A DNA stretch of 64,000 bases, taken from positions 1 through 64,000 of the forward strand of contig JAZDFD010000016.1 in assembly GCA_043808155.1 (NCBI GenBank), written 5' to 3'. Source of the DNA: Candidatus Iainarchaeum sp. (GTDB lineage: Archaea > Iainarchaeota > Iainarchaeia > Iainarchaeales > JAZDFD01). Below are positions 1 to 10,431 of the stretch, one piece after another. Each line of letters begins with the position of its first letter. Position 1 is the first letter of the stretch. The position numbers and the translations under genes are program-made. A model generated the notes under the pieces. That model made no database searches, was not told the origin of the DNA, and was given only the letters and a program-made list of their open reading frames with translations.

Positions 1-480
1 GCAGAAACTGCACTGGAAGTTTGTATGGGTGACCGAGGAGAATATTACGCACGGGCTTTGAGTTTGTTGGCAGAACACAGAAAACAACTGCGCGAAGGAA
101 TAGAACTAATGCATGACAAAGGTGTTGAGGAAATGGAAACATTTTATTTTTTTGATGCGGGTTCTGAAATAAAAGATTCAATTGTAGGGATTGTTGCAGG
201 TATGCTTTACGGAAGCGGTGCTATTCAGGGGAATAAACCAATTGTTGCATTTGCAATGCATGAAGATAATACTGTAAAAATAAGCACCCGAGGCACTTCT
301 GAACTGATAAGAAAAGGTCTTAATCTGGGTCTTGCGCTTAAAGAAACCTGTGCAAAGTTAGGTGACAATGCACAGGGCGGTGGACATAAAATTGCAGCAG
401 GCGCAAAAATAAATGAAAATCAGAAAGAAGATTTTCTGAAAATTTTCAATGAAAGTCTTAAAAATCAGATTACTGACTAA
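1..480 (+). CDS. DHH/DHHA1-family phosphoesterase (RecJ-like), C-terminal fragment, 5'-truncated by the window edge
   Basis: Frame is open from base 1. It carries the DHHA1 signatures 'KISTRG' and 'GGGHKIAAGA', plus 'VGIVAGM'. Confidence 0.85.
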   Translation, partial: AETALEVCMGDRGEYYARALSLLAEHRKQLREGIELMHDKGVEEMETFYFFDAGSEIKDSIVGIVAGMLYGSGAIQGNKPIVAFAMHEDNTVKISTRGTSELIRKGLNLGLALKETCAKLGDNAQGGGHKIAAGAKINENQKEDFLKIFNESLKNQITD

Positions 481-513
481 TCTTTAATAAGTTATGAAAC
501 TAATATTTTAGTG

Positions 514-1581
514 ATGCAAATGAATATAAACGATTTTCTGAAAGAAAAAAAGCCTCTCATTGACGCGGAAATGGAAAAAGTTTTTCCAAGAAAATTAAAT
601 AACAAATGGCTTTCAGAAACTTTGGGAAAAGCAGATTATGCCTGTGATTTTAAAACCATCAATAAATCTCTTTCAGAACCAATATGGGATTTTCTTGATA
701 GGGGTGGCAAAAGATGGCGTCCTGCATTAATGCTTCTTACATGCGATGCTGTTGGCGGAAATTCAAAAAAAATTATGCCTTTTACTGCACTGCCGGAACT
801 TGTTCATACTGGAACAATCATGGTAGATGATGTCGAGGACAATTCAGATCAGAGACGTGGCAAACCCTGCACTCACAAACTTTACGGAACAGATGTTGCA
901 GTCAATGCTGCAAACGCAATGTATTTCTTGCCATTAACATTGCTTTACAACAACCCCCTGAAACTCAAGGAAAGCAAACTCGTAGAAATTTACAATCTTT
1001 ATTCTGAAGAATTAATCAAAGTTTCAGTCGGGCAGGCGATGGATATCCAATGGCACAGAAACTCAAGTTGCGATGTTTCAGAAGAGCAGTATTTGCAGAT
1101 GTGCGTTTACAAAACAGGCGTACTTGCAAGGTTTTCTGCCAAGCTTGGCGCGATTTTGGGAAATGCTGATGCAAAACAAATTAATGCACTTGGCAAGTTT
1201 GGGGAATCTTTGGGAGTAGCTTTCCAGATTCAGGATGATATTCTTAACATTGCCCCCGTATCAAAAGACTGGGGAAAAGAAATTGGTGATGACATAAATG
1301 AGGGCAAGAAAACACTTCTCGTTATTTATGCACTTAAGAAGCTAAACAAAGCTGATTCCTCAAAACTCAAAGAAATACTGAATATGCACACAAAGGATCA
1401 GAAACTAATTTCAGAAGCAATTGAACTAATCAAAAAGAGCGGCGCAGTCGAATATGCGAAGAAAAAAGCCTCTGAAATCGGTTCTAAAGGCTGGAAACAT
1501 GCAGAGTCTGTTCTGGACGACAGTCCTGCAAAAAACAGACTCCACGAATTCTCAGAATATGTAACTAAAAGAAAGTATTAA
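514..1581 (+). CDS. Polyprenyl diphosphate synthase (GGPP synthase-like, trans-IPPS family)
   Basis: GGKRWRP, first Asp-rich motif DDVED..RRG, GQAMD, KTG, and second motif FQIQDD. Confidence 0.93.
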   Translation: MQMNINDFLKEKKPLIDAEMEKVFPRKLNNKWLSETLGKADYACDFKTINKSLSEPIWDFLDRGGKRWRPALMLLTCDAVGGNSKKIMPFTALPELVHTGTIMVDDVEDNSDQRRGKPCTHKLYGTDVAVNAANAMYFLPLTLLYNNPLKLKESKLVEIYNLYSEELIKVSVGQAMDIQWHRNSSCDVSEEQYLQMCVYKTGVLARFSAKLGAILGNADAKQINALGKFGESLGVAFQIQDDILNIAPVSKDWGKEIGDDINEGKKTLLVIYALKKLNKADSSKLKEILNMHTKDQKLISEAIELIKKSGAVEYAKKKASEIGSKGWKHAESVLDDSPAKNRLHEFSEYVTKRKY

Positions 1582-1646
1582 TTTTCTAATTATTAATTAC
1601 CTGATTTTGAAAACAATTAAATACATGAAAAATCAAATATAACCTC

Positions 1647-2540
1647 ATGTCTTTGAATTTTTTGAACATAATCCGCAGATATGCTGAAAATGAAATGTAT
1701 GCTTTTTTCATTGGGTTTTTCTGCGCACTGATTGGAATAGTTACTGCTTATCTTTTATTTCCTGAAAATGCAGGAATGGTAAGTGTGTTTTTCACTTCTT
1801 TGGCATTACTACCTTTTTGGGATAAAATCATTGGCGCTTGTTCTATCCGCAAGAGTGCGCATGAAAAAATTATTTCACACAGCGGAGTTGAGATGATTGA
1901 GATACGAATGAAGAGCATTAAACATAAAATCAATTTAGCAGAAATTATTTTTGAACATTTACCCATCTTTAAAGCATATATTTTCAGTTTTATTGGTGTG
2001 TTTTTTGTTTACACAATTTTACAGATGATTCTTCCTGTTTTTGATATTCATTCAATTTTTGCTGACCAGCTTTCTCTGTTAAAAGTAAACCCTGCAGTTA
2101 TGAGTAGTGGTGATAAGTTCCTTGCAATTTTAAGCAATAACATAACAGTTCTTTTCATTTGTTTTTTGATTGCATTGGTTTTCAGAAGCGGGGTTTTTAT
2201 TATTGCATGGAATGCATCGGTATGGGGGGTTGTTTTCGGAGCTGTGATGTCTGAATCAGGTGTGCTTTTACGTGAGAATTCGTTTTTGCTTTTCCTGCTT
2301 GTGATGGTCGGTATTGCACCACATATGATTTTAGAGGCATTTTCATATATTTGTGGTGCAATTTCAGGGAGTCTGCTGTTTGAAAGTATTTATAAAAAAA
2401 TGAAACCCTCGATGTTCAATCTTTATGTTAATGATGCTTTGCTTGTTTTAATTTTCGGATTAGCAATTTTAGTTATTGCTGCAGCAATAGAACTTTATTT
2501 TGCTTTTCCAATTGTGCAGAGTGTTTTAGGAATTGGTTGA
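1647..2540 (+). CDS. Stage II sporulation protein M (SpoIIM/DUF95)-like integral membrane protein
   Basis: Several hydrophobic helices, with 'ILSNN', 'WNASVWG', 'PHMILE' and 'AAAIE' motifs typical of the family. Confidence 0.75.
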   Translation: MSLNFLNIIRRYAENEMYAFFIGFFCALIGIVTAYLLFPENAGMVSVFFTSLALLPFWDKIIGACSIRKSAHEKIISHSGVEMIEIRMKSIKHKINLAEIIFEHLPIFKAYIFSFIGVFFVYTILQMILPVFDIHSIFADQLSLLKVNPAVMSSGDKFLAILSNNITVLFICFLIALVFRSGVFIIAWNASVWGVVFGAVMSESGVLLRENSFLLFLLVMVGIAPHMILEAFSYICGAISGSLLFESIYKKMKPSMFNLYVNDALLVLIFGLAILVIAAAIELYFAFPIVQSVLGIG

Positions 2541-2580
2541 TTACTTTTAATTGCGTAAATTTTTTTGCATCAATCAAAAT

Positions 2581-5211
2581 TTACTTCTTTTGTTTCTCTT
2601 TCAAAGCTGCCTGTGCTGCTGCTAATCTTGCAATTGGAACTCTGTAGGGCGAACAGGAAACATCATTCAGACCTATTTTGTGGCAGAACTCAACAGAACT
2701 TGGTTCTCCGCCATGTTCTCCGCAGATTCCAATTCCCACGTTGGGTTTAACGCTTTTTGCTTTCTCAACGCAGATTTTCATTAACTCACCAACACCTTCC
2801 TGATCAAGTTTCTGGAATGGATCCTGTTTCAAAATTCCCTTTTCAACATAGTTTGGTACGAATTTTCCCACATCGTCTCTTGAGTAACCATAGGTTGTCT
2901 GTGTTAAATCATTTGTACCGAAAGAAAGGAAATCCGCATGCTTTACAATTTCATCTGCAGTTATGCATGCACGAGGCAGTTCAATCATAGTTCCTATTTG
3001 GTATTTTACTTTGTTGTCTTTATTGAATTTTTTAACAGTTGCTTCAATTATTTCTCTTGATTTTTTTAATTCATTTGATTCTCCAACTAAAGGCACTTCA
3101 ATATATGGTAAAGCTGTGATTCCTTCTTTCTGAACTTCTAGTGCTGCTTCAATTATTGCCTGCACCTGCATTTCAGTTATTTCAGGAAAGCTTAACCCGA
3201 GTCTGCAACCTCTGAAACCAAGCATTGGATTAAGTTCCATTAATGAATTAACTTTTGCTTTTATTTTTTCTGCATCAACACCCAAATCTTTTGCAACAAC
3301 TTCTATTTCGTCATTTTCTTTTGGCAAAAATTCATGTAATGGGGGGTCCAGTAATCTGATTACAACTGGCAAGTCATTCATGACTTTGTAAATTGCTTTG
3401 AAATCTTCTTTTTGCATTGGAAGGATTTTTGCAAGTGCTTTTTTCCTGTCTTCTAGATTTTCTGCAATTATCATTTCACGCACTGCAGTAATTCTTTCGC
3501 CTTCAAAAAACATGTGTTCTGTTCTGCACAAACCAATCCCTTCTGCTCCGAATTCAAGTGCCTTTGCAGCATCTTTAGGTGTATCTGCATTTGCAAGAAT
3601 TTTCATTGTTCTGAATTCATCTGCCCATGACATTAATTCTTCAAAATCTTTGTCGAGTTTTGGTTCAGTTACCGGCAGCTGGCCTTTCATAACTTCGCCT
3701 GTGCTTCCGTCAAGTGTTATCCATTCACCTTCTTTTATTGTGGCTTCTTTTGTTTTGAATTCTTTGTCATTATGAACTGCGATATCATTACAGCCTGCTA
3801 CACAGCATTTACCCATTGCTCTTGCGACAACTGCTGCATGGGATGTCATTCCCCCGCGTGCTGTTAAAATCCCCTGTGCAACATTCATTCCGCCAATGTC
3901 TTCCGGAGATGTTTCCGTTCTTACTAAAATCAGTTTTTCATCGTGATTTTTTTCATGAAGTTCAATTGCTTTTTCTGCAGTGAACACAACTTTCCCTACT
4001 GCAGCACCAGGTGATGCTGGCAAACCTTTTGCAATAACTTCTGCAGTTTTTTTTGCTTCTTGGTCCAGTTGTTTGTGCAGTAGCTGATCTAACTGACCTG
4101 CTTTTACCTGCAGAATTGCATCTTCTTTGGAAATTAAACCTTCCTTGTGCATGTCAACTGCAATTTTCACTGCAGCGTGTGCAGTTCTTTTACCATTTCT
4201 GGTTTGTAAAACATACAACTTTCCCTGTTCAATTGTAAATTCAAAATCCTGAACATCCTTGTAATGCTTTTCCAATGTGTCATATACTTTCAGCAATTCT
4301 TCATATTGCTTTGGCATCGTATTTTTCAGTTCATCAACTGGTAATGGTGTTCTTATTCCTGCAACAACATCTTCACCCTGTGCATTAACTAAAAATTCAC
4401 CATAATGTTCATTTTCACCTGTTGCAGGATTTCTTGTGAAAGAAACTCCTGTTGCAGAATCATCACCTGCGTTTCCGAAAACCATTGCCTGAACATTTAC
4501 ACCTGTTCCTGCGTCCATTTTCAAATGATTTATTTTTCTGTAGGTTACTGCTCTTGGAATATTCCATGAATTGAAAACAGCATCAATTGCTAATCTTAAT
4601 TGTTCCCATGGTTCGTCAGGGAACGGCTTTCCTGTTTCTGATTTGATTAATTCTTTGTATTTAACAACTAAATCATTCAAATCGTCAATACTTAAGTCAG
4701 TATCTTTTTCAGTATTGGTTTTTTTCTTTTTTGCAGTAAGAATTGTTTCAAAATCATGGTGCGCCACACCTAAAACAACATCTCCAAACATCTGCAACAA
4801 TCGTCTGTAAGAATCCCATGCGCCTCTTTCTGAGTTAATAAATTTTGCAAGACCTAGTACAGTTTCATCATTTAATCCAATATTCAAAACAGTGTCCATC
4901 ATTCCAGGCATTGAGACATAAGAACCAGAGCGAACAGAGACTAAGAGTGGTTTTTTAGTGCCTCCGAATGATTTACCGGTTTTCTTTTCAACAGATTTAA
5001 TATTCTGTTTTATTTCATTTTCCAAACCCTCAGGCCATTTTTTGCCTAAGTCATAAAACCCATTGCATGCTTCTGTGCTGATAGTGAATCCGTAAGGAAC
5101 GGGCAGACCAATTTTAGTCATTTCTGCAAGCTGAGCTCCCTTGTTTCCCAAAACAAAAGTTGATTTTGCACCTGTTTTAGGGTCGTCAAATAAGTATACA
5201 TATTTTTTCAT
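2581..5211 (-). CDS. ppdK: Pyruvate, phosphate dikinase
   Basis: GNKGA, LLVSVRSG..SMPGMMDT, GEDVVAG, phospho-His motif GGMTSHAAVVAR, GLCRTEHMF, SFGTNDLTQ, CGEHGG. GGTGA RBS lies upstream of the ATG at 5211. Confidence 0.97.
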   Translation of the reverse strand: MKKYVYLFDDPKTGAKSTFVLGNKGAQLAEMTKIGLPVPYGFTISTEACNGFYDLGKKWPEGLENEIKQNIKSVEKKTGKSFGGTKKPLLVSVRSGSYVSMPGMMDTVLNIGLNDETVLGLAKFINSERGAWDSYRRLLQMFGDVVLGVAHHDFETILTAKKKKTNTEKDTDLSIDDLNDLVVKYKELIKSETGKPFPDEPWEQLRLAIDAVFNSWNIPRAVTYRKINHLKMDAGTGVNVQAMVFGNAGDDSATGVSFTRNPATGENEHYGEFLVNAQGEDVVAGIRTPLPVDELKNTMPKQYEELLKVYDTLEKHYKDVQDFEFTIEQGKLYVLQTRNGKRTAHAAVKIAVDMHKEGLISKEDAILQVKAGQLDQLLHKQLDQEAKKTAEVIAKGLPASPGAAVGKVVFTAEKAIELHEKNHDEKLILVRTETSPEDIGGMNVAQGILTARGGMTSHAAVVARAMGKCCVAGCNDIAVHNDKEFKTKEATIKEGEWITLDGSTGEVMKGQLPVTEPKLDKDFEELMSWADEFRTMKILANADTPKDAAKALEFGAEGIGLCRTEHMFFEGERITAVREMIIAENLEDRKKALAKILPMQKEDFKAIYKVMNDLPVVIRLLDPPLHEFLPKENDEIEVVAKDLGVDAEKIKAKVNSLMELNPMLGFRGCRLGLSFPEITEMQVQAIIEAALEVQKEGITALPYIEVPLVGESNELKKSREIIEATVKKFNKDNKVKYQIGTMIELPRACITADEIVKHADFLSFGTNDLTQTTYGYSRDDVGKFVPNYVEKGILKQDPFQKLDQEGVGELMKICVEKAKSVKPNVGIGICGEHGGEPSSVEFCHKIGLNDVSCSPYRVPIARLAAAQAALKEKQKK

Positions 5212-5263
5212 TAAATCACCCACTAAGTCTCTTAGTTAATAATCTAAAATAAGTAATTTAAAG

Positions 5264-6997
5264 CTATTTACTGATTACATCCTTCTTCAATGCTTTTCTT
5301 CCGCATGATTTATTTTCCGGGCAGTATCCTAGCGAATCGCATTTCGGACCAATGTGATTGAAAAGAGAGGGGGCAACTTTTTTCACTTCTTTCAGCATTT
5401 CATTTGCCATTGCTCGGATTTCCCATTGCGCACGCGTGCATAATCTATGTTCAAAGAAATTGTAAAGTGAACGTGTGTTCATTGTAATTATAATTCTTGT
5501 TTCTGCTGCATTTGGAAGAACAAATCTTGCATCTTCCTTTGGAACTTTTTCTGAAAATTCTTCATATAGTTCACGTGCGTTTTCCATGAAGTTCTCAAAC
5601 TTTTTATTCATTTCAGAATCTGCTTTTATTTTTGGAGGAATTATATATGCAAATTCCTTTTCATTAACGTAACGCTGTGATTGCTGTGAATTATGAACCA
5701 CAAAACCATTTGCTACAAAATTATGGTGCGGATCCTCCATCGTTACATCATATGTGTCTGCAATTCCACAAGGCTCAATACTTTTTATTTCAGCCCATTT
5801 TATAGTGCGGTAGCAACCGCTAGACTTTGAATGATAGGGAATTGTTTTTGTTCCAAATATATTGCTGTATTCGTGCTCATAGCCGTTGATTTTTCGATGG
5901 CATGATTCGCATAGTGTCACTAAATTTTCTGAATCTGTGATTTTTGTTTTATCGACATATATAGGTATTTTATGGTGCAAAGTTAATTTTCCCCCAATTT
6001 TATTACAAAACTGGCATTTATAGCCATCGCGTGCATAAACACTTTTTCTTAATTCTGAGGAAATTTGTTTCCTAAGCAAAACTGCTTCAGGAGTTATTCC
6101 ACCGCGCCACATTGGGTTGTTTGATCCTTTCATTCTTTCCGAAACTTTTTGTTTTTCTTCTTCTGTTCGTTCGCGACCTAGCTTCCAGTAATAGCCCTTA
6201 TGGGGCGTATGTCCATGAAGACCGCCGATTTCTTTCTGAAGGCAATGTTTTCTTACCCAAGCTCGGACAGTGTGTTTGGAACAGCCTATTTTTTTGGCAA
6301 TATCTTCTTGGGTATAATTTAAATTGTTGTAAAATTTATTTAGCCAATCTTTATCTCTTAGCAAAGCTAATTTCGGAGATTGACAGCTTATTCCGTTAAC
6401 CGCCAATTCTGGCTTGTTTTGAATAATTTCTTTAAGACGGGACCAGCCATTTTTAGTAAGAAAGCGATGATTGAGAGTAGCTTTTATGCTTTGGCCGTTT
6501 TCAAGCTCTAATTTCCAAACTTCATGTTTGCCTGTATAAATAATATTTTTAATTTTGCCAGCGCCGAATTGTTTTTTTTCTTCATCATAGTTATTTAACT
6601 TTATCAATTTTAAGCGCGATCTGCTATGTGGAGTTAGGGTTCTTTCATATAATGATTTTAATGAAAATTTTTTGTAGTTTCTTGATTTTTGACGCGCCCC
6701 CTTTATTATAGTATCGCCTGTCAAGCAATAGCTTGCAATACGGTGTCTTACAAGTTGGTGTGTCAAAGCGCGTGATACTCCTTCAACACCAAAAGTAAAA
6801 GATGCATGTTCCAGAACAGAATGATGTCCAGATTCAATCAGATTCTTAATTAGTTTCTCTGCATAAGCAGAATCCATTTTTTTCTGCAGTTCATCAATGT
6901 CTGAATTAGCATAGCATAAATGTGCTGCAGTTGCCACTGTAAGTTCAGGATTTTCAGTATATTCCAGAAGTTTGACATTTAGCTTTGTTTCAGGCAT
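5264..6997 (-). CDS. thyX: FAD-dependent thymidylate synthase ThyX precursor containing an intein
   Basis: GHHSVLEHASFTF; the ThyX motif RHRIASY/SQQSQRY is split by an insert; DARFVLPNA and RLCTRAQWEIR follow. Confidence 0.95.
   Translation of the reverse strand: MPETKLNVKLLEYTENPELTVATAAHLCYANSDIDELQKKMDSAYAEKLIKNLIESGHHSVLEHASFTFGVEGVSRALTHQLVRHRIASYCLTGDTIIKGARQKSRNYKKFSLKSLYERTLTPHSRSRLKLIKLNNYDEEKKQFGAGKIKNIIYTGKHEVWKLELENGQSIKATLNHRFLTKNGWSRLKEIIQNKPELAVNGISCQSPKLALLRDKDWLNKFYNNLNYTQEDIAKKIGCSKHTVRAWVRKHCLQKEIGGLHGHTPHKGYYWKLGRERTEEEKQKVSERMKGSNNPMWRGGITPEAVLLRKQISSELRKSVYARDGYKCQFCNKIGGKLTLHHKIPIYVDKTKITDSENLVTLCESCHRKINGYEHEYSNIFGTKTIPYHSKSSGCYRTIKWAEIKSIEPCGIADTYDVTMEDPHHNFVANGFVVHNSQQSQRYVNEKEFAYIIPPKIKADSEMNKKFENFMENARELYEEFSEKVPKEDARFVLPNAAETRIIITMNTRSLYNFFEHRLCTRAQWEIRAMANEMLKEVKKVAPSLFNHIGPKCDSLGYCPENKSCGRKALKKDVISK
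5690..6727 (-). mobile_element. Intein (346 aa) with an HNH homing endonuclease, in thyX
   Basis: Starts CLTGDT (block A), has ATLNHRF (block B) and TYDVTM...HNFVANGFVVHN followed by Ser (blocks F/G). The internal CQFC...HHKIP...NLVTLCESCH is an HNH motif. Confidence 0.95.
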
Positions 6998-7054
6998 TTT
7001 GAATCCTATGCATTGAGGCTGAAAAGGATTAAATAGATATTTGAGGTTTGTTCT

Positions 7055-7990
7055 ATGATGAATAAAACTGTTGCAATCGTGGGTTCAGGTCCTTCTGGGC
7101 TGCAGGCTGCAAAAGTCCTAGTGGATGCAGGTCTAAAAGTGACTATTTTTGAGAAAGAAGAACTGCTCGGTGGTGTTCTCAGATATGGTATTCCTGCATT
7201 CAGGATGAAAAGAGACCCCACAGACCAGAAGATTGAGAAATTAAGAAACGCGGGAGTTGAGCTGAAAAATAATACTGAAGTAGGAAAAGATATTTTTCTT
7301 AAGGAACTGGTTGAACAATTTGATTTTGTTGTTTTAGCAATTGGTGCCTGTGAGCACAGAACTCTGCAAGTAGAGGGCATTGAAAAAAAAGGAGTTTATT
7401 ATGCTCTTGATTTTTTAAGAAAATATAATACTGGGCAAGAAATTGACATGGGACAAAAAGCAGTTGTTATTGGTGGAGGCTATGTTGCAATTGATGCTGT
7501 TCTTGTTTTGAGAAAGTTAGCTGTTGATGCAACACTTGTTTACAGACGAAGATGTGAGGACTGCGGAATTTCAGAAGATGATATCAAAAATGCAAAAGAC
7601 CAAGGAGTTAAATTTGAATTTTGTTTAAGCCCAGTTGCAATTATGGGTGATAAAAAAGTTGAAAAAGTAAAATTCCAAAAAAATAAAGTTTGTGAAGTTC
7701 CTGGTTTGTCAAAACCTGAAATTAAACCAATTGATGAGTTTGTTGAATTTGGGGCAGATTCAGTTATAATTGCAGTTGGGGAAAAACCCAGTATGACCTG
7801 CTGGCAGGATGTGATGTTAAAATTCAGTGAAAAAGGACTGCTTATTGTAAATAGTGAAATGCAAACCAATGTAAGGACTGTTTATGCCTGCGGAGATTTA
7901 GTCACAGGACCTATAAACATTGGGTCTGCAGTTAAAACTGGGATGCAGGCAGCGCAAAGTATAATCAAAAAAGCCTCAGAATCTAATTAA
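7055..7990 (+). CDS. FAD/NAD(P)-dependent oxidoreductase, GltD/SudA/NfnB-like, lacking the N-terminal Fe-S domain
   Basis: GSGPSG, GGVLRYGIPAFR, VVIGGG..AID, YRR, and VYACGD motifs. Confidence 0.85.
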   Translation: MMNKTVAIVGSGPSGLQAAKVLVDAGLKVTIFEKEELLGGVLRYGIPAFRMKRDPTDQKIEKLRNAGVELKNNTEVGKDIFLKELVEQFDFVVLAIGACEHRTLQVEGIEKKGVYYALDFLRKYNTGQEIDMGQKAVVIGGGYVAIDAVLVLRKLAVDATLVYRRRCEDCGISEDDIKNAKDQGVKFEFCLSPVAIMGDKKVEKVKFQKNKVCEVPGLSKPEIKPIDEFVEFGADSVIIAVGEKPSMTCWQDVMLKFSEKGLLIVNSEMQTNVRTVYACGDLVTGPINIGSAVKTGMQAAQSIIKKASESN

Positions 7991-8088
7991 TGTCGTTGAT
8001 TGCCGTTATAACTCCGTACAAATAACGAAATATTTATAAAGGTTTGAATGCAAAAGTTATAGGATATCGCAGTCGGAGATGCGTGATT

Positions 8089-9375
8089 ATGCAAAGTGAA
8101 AAAACCTCAGAATTGGAAAAATTTTATTCTAAAAGTCTAGATGAAAGAATGAAAACTGTTTCCGAATTTGCAGAATTAAGTGAAAATGAAATTGCAGAAT
8201 TGAAAACCTGCATTCAAAACACTGAAAAAGCAGATAAAATGTCTGAAAATGTTATTTCATCAACTTTTTTTCCTTTGTCAGTTGCAACTAATTTCAAAAT
8301 CAATGGAAATGATTATCTCGTTCCAATGGCAATCGAGGAAGCCTCAGTTGTTGCTGCAGCGTCAAATGCTGCAAAACTTTGCAGAACATCTGGGGGATTT
8401 GAAGCAAAAGCATCTGAACAAATAATGATCGGACAGGTTCAGATTGTGAATGTTAAAAACACTGCACAGGCAAAAACCAAAATTATGACAAACCAAAAAG
8501 AAATTCTGAAACTTGCAAATGCACAGGATAAAACATTAGTGAGTTTTGGCGGCGGTGCTAAAAAAATCGACGTGAAAGTTTTCAGAAAGCACAAAATGAT
8601 TGTGGTTTATTTGTATGTTGACGCTAAGGATGCAATGGGTGCAAACGCAGTAAATACAATGGCAGAAGCAGTTGCACCAAAACTTGAAGAATTAAGTAAA
8701 GGAGAAGCGAGATTAAGAATCCTGAGTAATTTAGCGACTGAAAGAATTGTAAAAGCAAAAGCAGTTTGGACAAAAGAAATTCTTGAAAAGAATTCAAAAA
8801 ATGAGCTAAGCGGACCTGAGATTATTGAAAGAATTTTAGACGCGCATAAATTTGCAGAATTAGATGTTTATAGAGCATGCACTCACAATAAGGGAATTAT
8901 GAATGGAATTGATGCAGTTGCAATTGCAACTGGGAATGATTTCCGAGCGCTTGAGGCAGGTGCGCATTGTTATGCTTCATTGGAAGGAAATTATAAACCA
9001 CTAACTAAATTCCATAAAAATAAAACTGGTGATTTAGTTGGTGAAATTGAAATTCCATTAGCAGTTGGAATTGTTGGTGGTGCAACCAAAACACACCCAA
9101 TTGCGAAAATTGCAATGAAAATTTTAGGAATTCAAAGTGCAAAAGAACTTGGATGTGTTATGGCGTGTGTTGGTTTAGCACAAAATTTTTCTGCATTGCG
9201 TGCATTAGCAAATGACGGAATCCAAAAAGGACATATGAGTTTGCATGCGAGGAATATTGCGATAATGGCAGGTGCAACTGAACAGGAAGCAGATAGTGTT
9301 GCAGAAAGAATGATTAATGAGAATAACGTTAAAGTTGACTCTGCAAAAGAAATATTAATGGAAATTAGAAGGTGA
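8089..9375 (+). CDS. mvaA: HMG-CoA reductase, class II (bacterial/degradative type)
   Basis: [52 protein letters not shown] and GIQKGHM.LH are class II signatures. Confidence 0.93.
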   Translation: MQSEKTSELEKFYSKSLDERMKTVSEFAELSENEIAELKTCIQNTEKADKMSENVISSTFFPLSVATNFKINGNDYLVPMAIEEASVVAAASNAAKLCRTSGGFEAKASEQIMIGQVQIVNVKNTAQAKTKIMTNQKEILKLANAQDKTLVSFGGGAKKIDVKVFRKHKMIVVYLYVDAKDAMGANAVNTMAEAVAPKLEELSKGEARLRILSNLATERIVKAKAVWTKEILEKNSKNELSGPEIIERILDAHKFAELDVYRACTHNKGIMNGIDAVAIATGNDFRALEAGAHCYASLEGNYKPLTKFHKNKTGDLVGEIEIPLAVGIVGGATKTHPIAKIAMKILGIQSAKELGCVMACVGLAQNFSALRALANDGIQKGHMSLHARNIAIMAGATEQEADSVAERMINENNVKVDSAKEILMEIRR

Positions 9376-9379
9376 AAAT

Positions 9380-10423
9380 ATGGCTGGTATTGTTGGTTAT
9401 GGTGCGTATATTCCGATTTTGAGAATTAAAGTTGAAGATATTGCAAACGTCTGGGGCAAAGACGGAAAGAAAATTGCTGAAGGCCTCGGAGTTAAGGAAA
9501 AAGCAGTTGCTTCAATGGATGAAGATGCCTGTACAATTTCAGTTGAAGCTGCGAGAAAGGCACTGGAAGTTTCAGGAATTGATGCACAGAGTATAGGTGC
9601 AATTTACGTTGGTTCAGAATCACACCCCTATGCAGTAAAACCTACTGCTTCAATAGTTGCAGATTCAATTAATGCAGGTCCGGATTTAACTGCTGCAGAT
9701 TTGGAATTTGCATGCAAAGCAGGAACTGCAGGAATTCAAATGTGCATGGGTCTTGTTGATTCAGGAATGATTGATTATGGTTTGGCAATTGGTTCAGACA
9801 CTGCTCAGGGAAGACCAGGTGATGCATTAGAATACACTGCAGGTTCTGGCGGAGCTGCTTTCATCATCGGAAATAAAAAAGAAGAAGTAATTGCAGAAAT
9901 TGATTTAACTTACTCATTTACAACTGACACTCCTGATTTTTGGAGAAGACAACATGCGGAATTTCCAAGACATGCCGGAAGATTCACTGGAAAACCTGCT
10001 TACTTCAAACATGTTTCAAGTGCTGCAAAAAAGTTAATGGAAAAAGCAGGAACAACACCTGATGATTACAAATATGCGGTTTTCCATCAGCCAAATGCAA
10101 AGTTCCCGCAGACAGTTGCGAAAATGCTTGGTTTTAAAGAAGAAAAAATCAAACAGGGTTTATTAGTGCCCTTTATTGGAAACACATATTCAGGTGCTGC
10201 AATGATTGGTTTAGCATCAGTTCTTGATGTTGCAAAACCAAATGATAAAATCTTAGTTGTGAGTTATGGCAGCGGTGCAGGAAGTGACGCATTCAGTTTA
10301 ACAGTAACTAAAAATATTGAAAATAAACGAGCAGAAGTTCCTTTGTTTGAAATGATTAAAGAAAAGAAATATCTGGATTATGCAAACTATGCAAAACATA
10401 GGGGAAAATTAAAATCTTTGTAG
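9380..10423 (+). CDS. Hydroxymethylglutaryl-CoA synthase (archaeal type)
   Basis: [21 protein letters not shown], catalytic [28 protein letters not shown]. Confidence 0.96.
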   Translation: MAGIVGYGAYIPILRIKVEDIANVWGKDGKKIAEGLGVKEKAVASMDEDACTISVEAARKALEVSGIDAQSIGAIYVGSESHPYAVKPTASIVADSINAGPDLTAADLEFACKAGTAGIQMCMGLVDSGMIDYGLAIGSDTAQGRPGDALEYTAGSGGAAFIIGNKKEEVIAEIDLTYSFTTDTPDFWRRQHAEFPRHAGRFTGKPAYFKHVSSAAKKLMEKAGTTPDDYKYAVFHQPNAKFPQTVAKMLGFKEEKIKQGLLVPFIGNTYSGAAMIGLASVLDVAKPNDKILVVSYGSGAGSDAFSLTVTKNIENKRAEVPLFEMIKEKKYLDYANYAKHRGKLKSL

Positions 10424-10431
10424 GTGTTGTG

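Noticed and set aside
2565-4810. Short + strand ORFs opposite ppdK, and similar shadow ORFs throughout the track
   Set aside because: They are antisense or out-of-frame shadows of well-supported genes and lack motifs or RBS.
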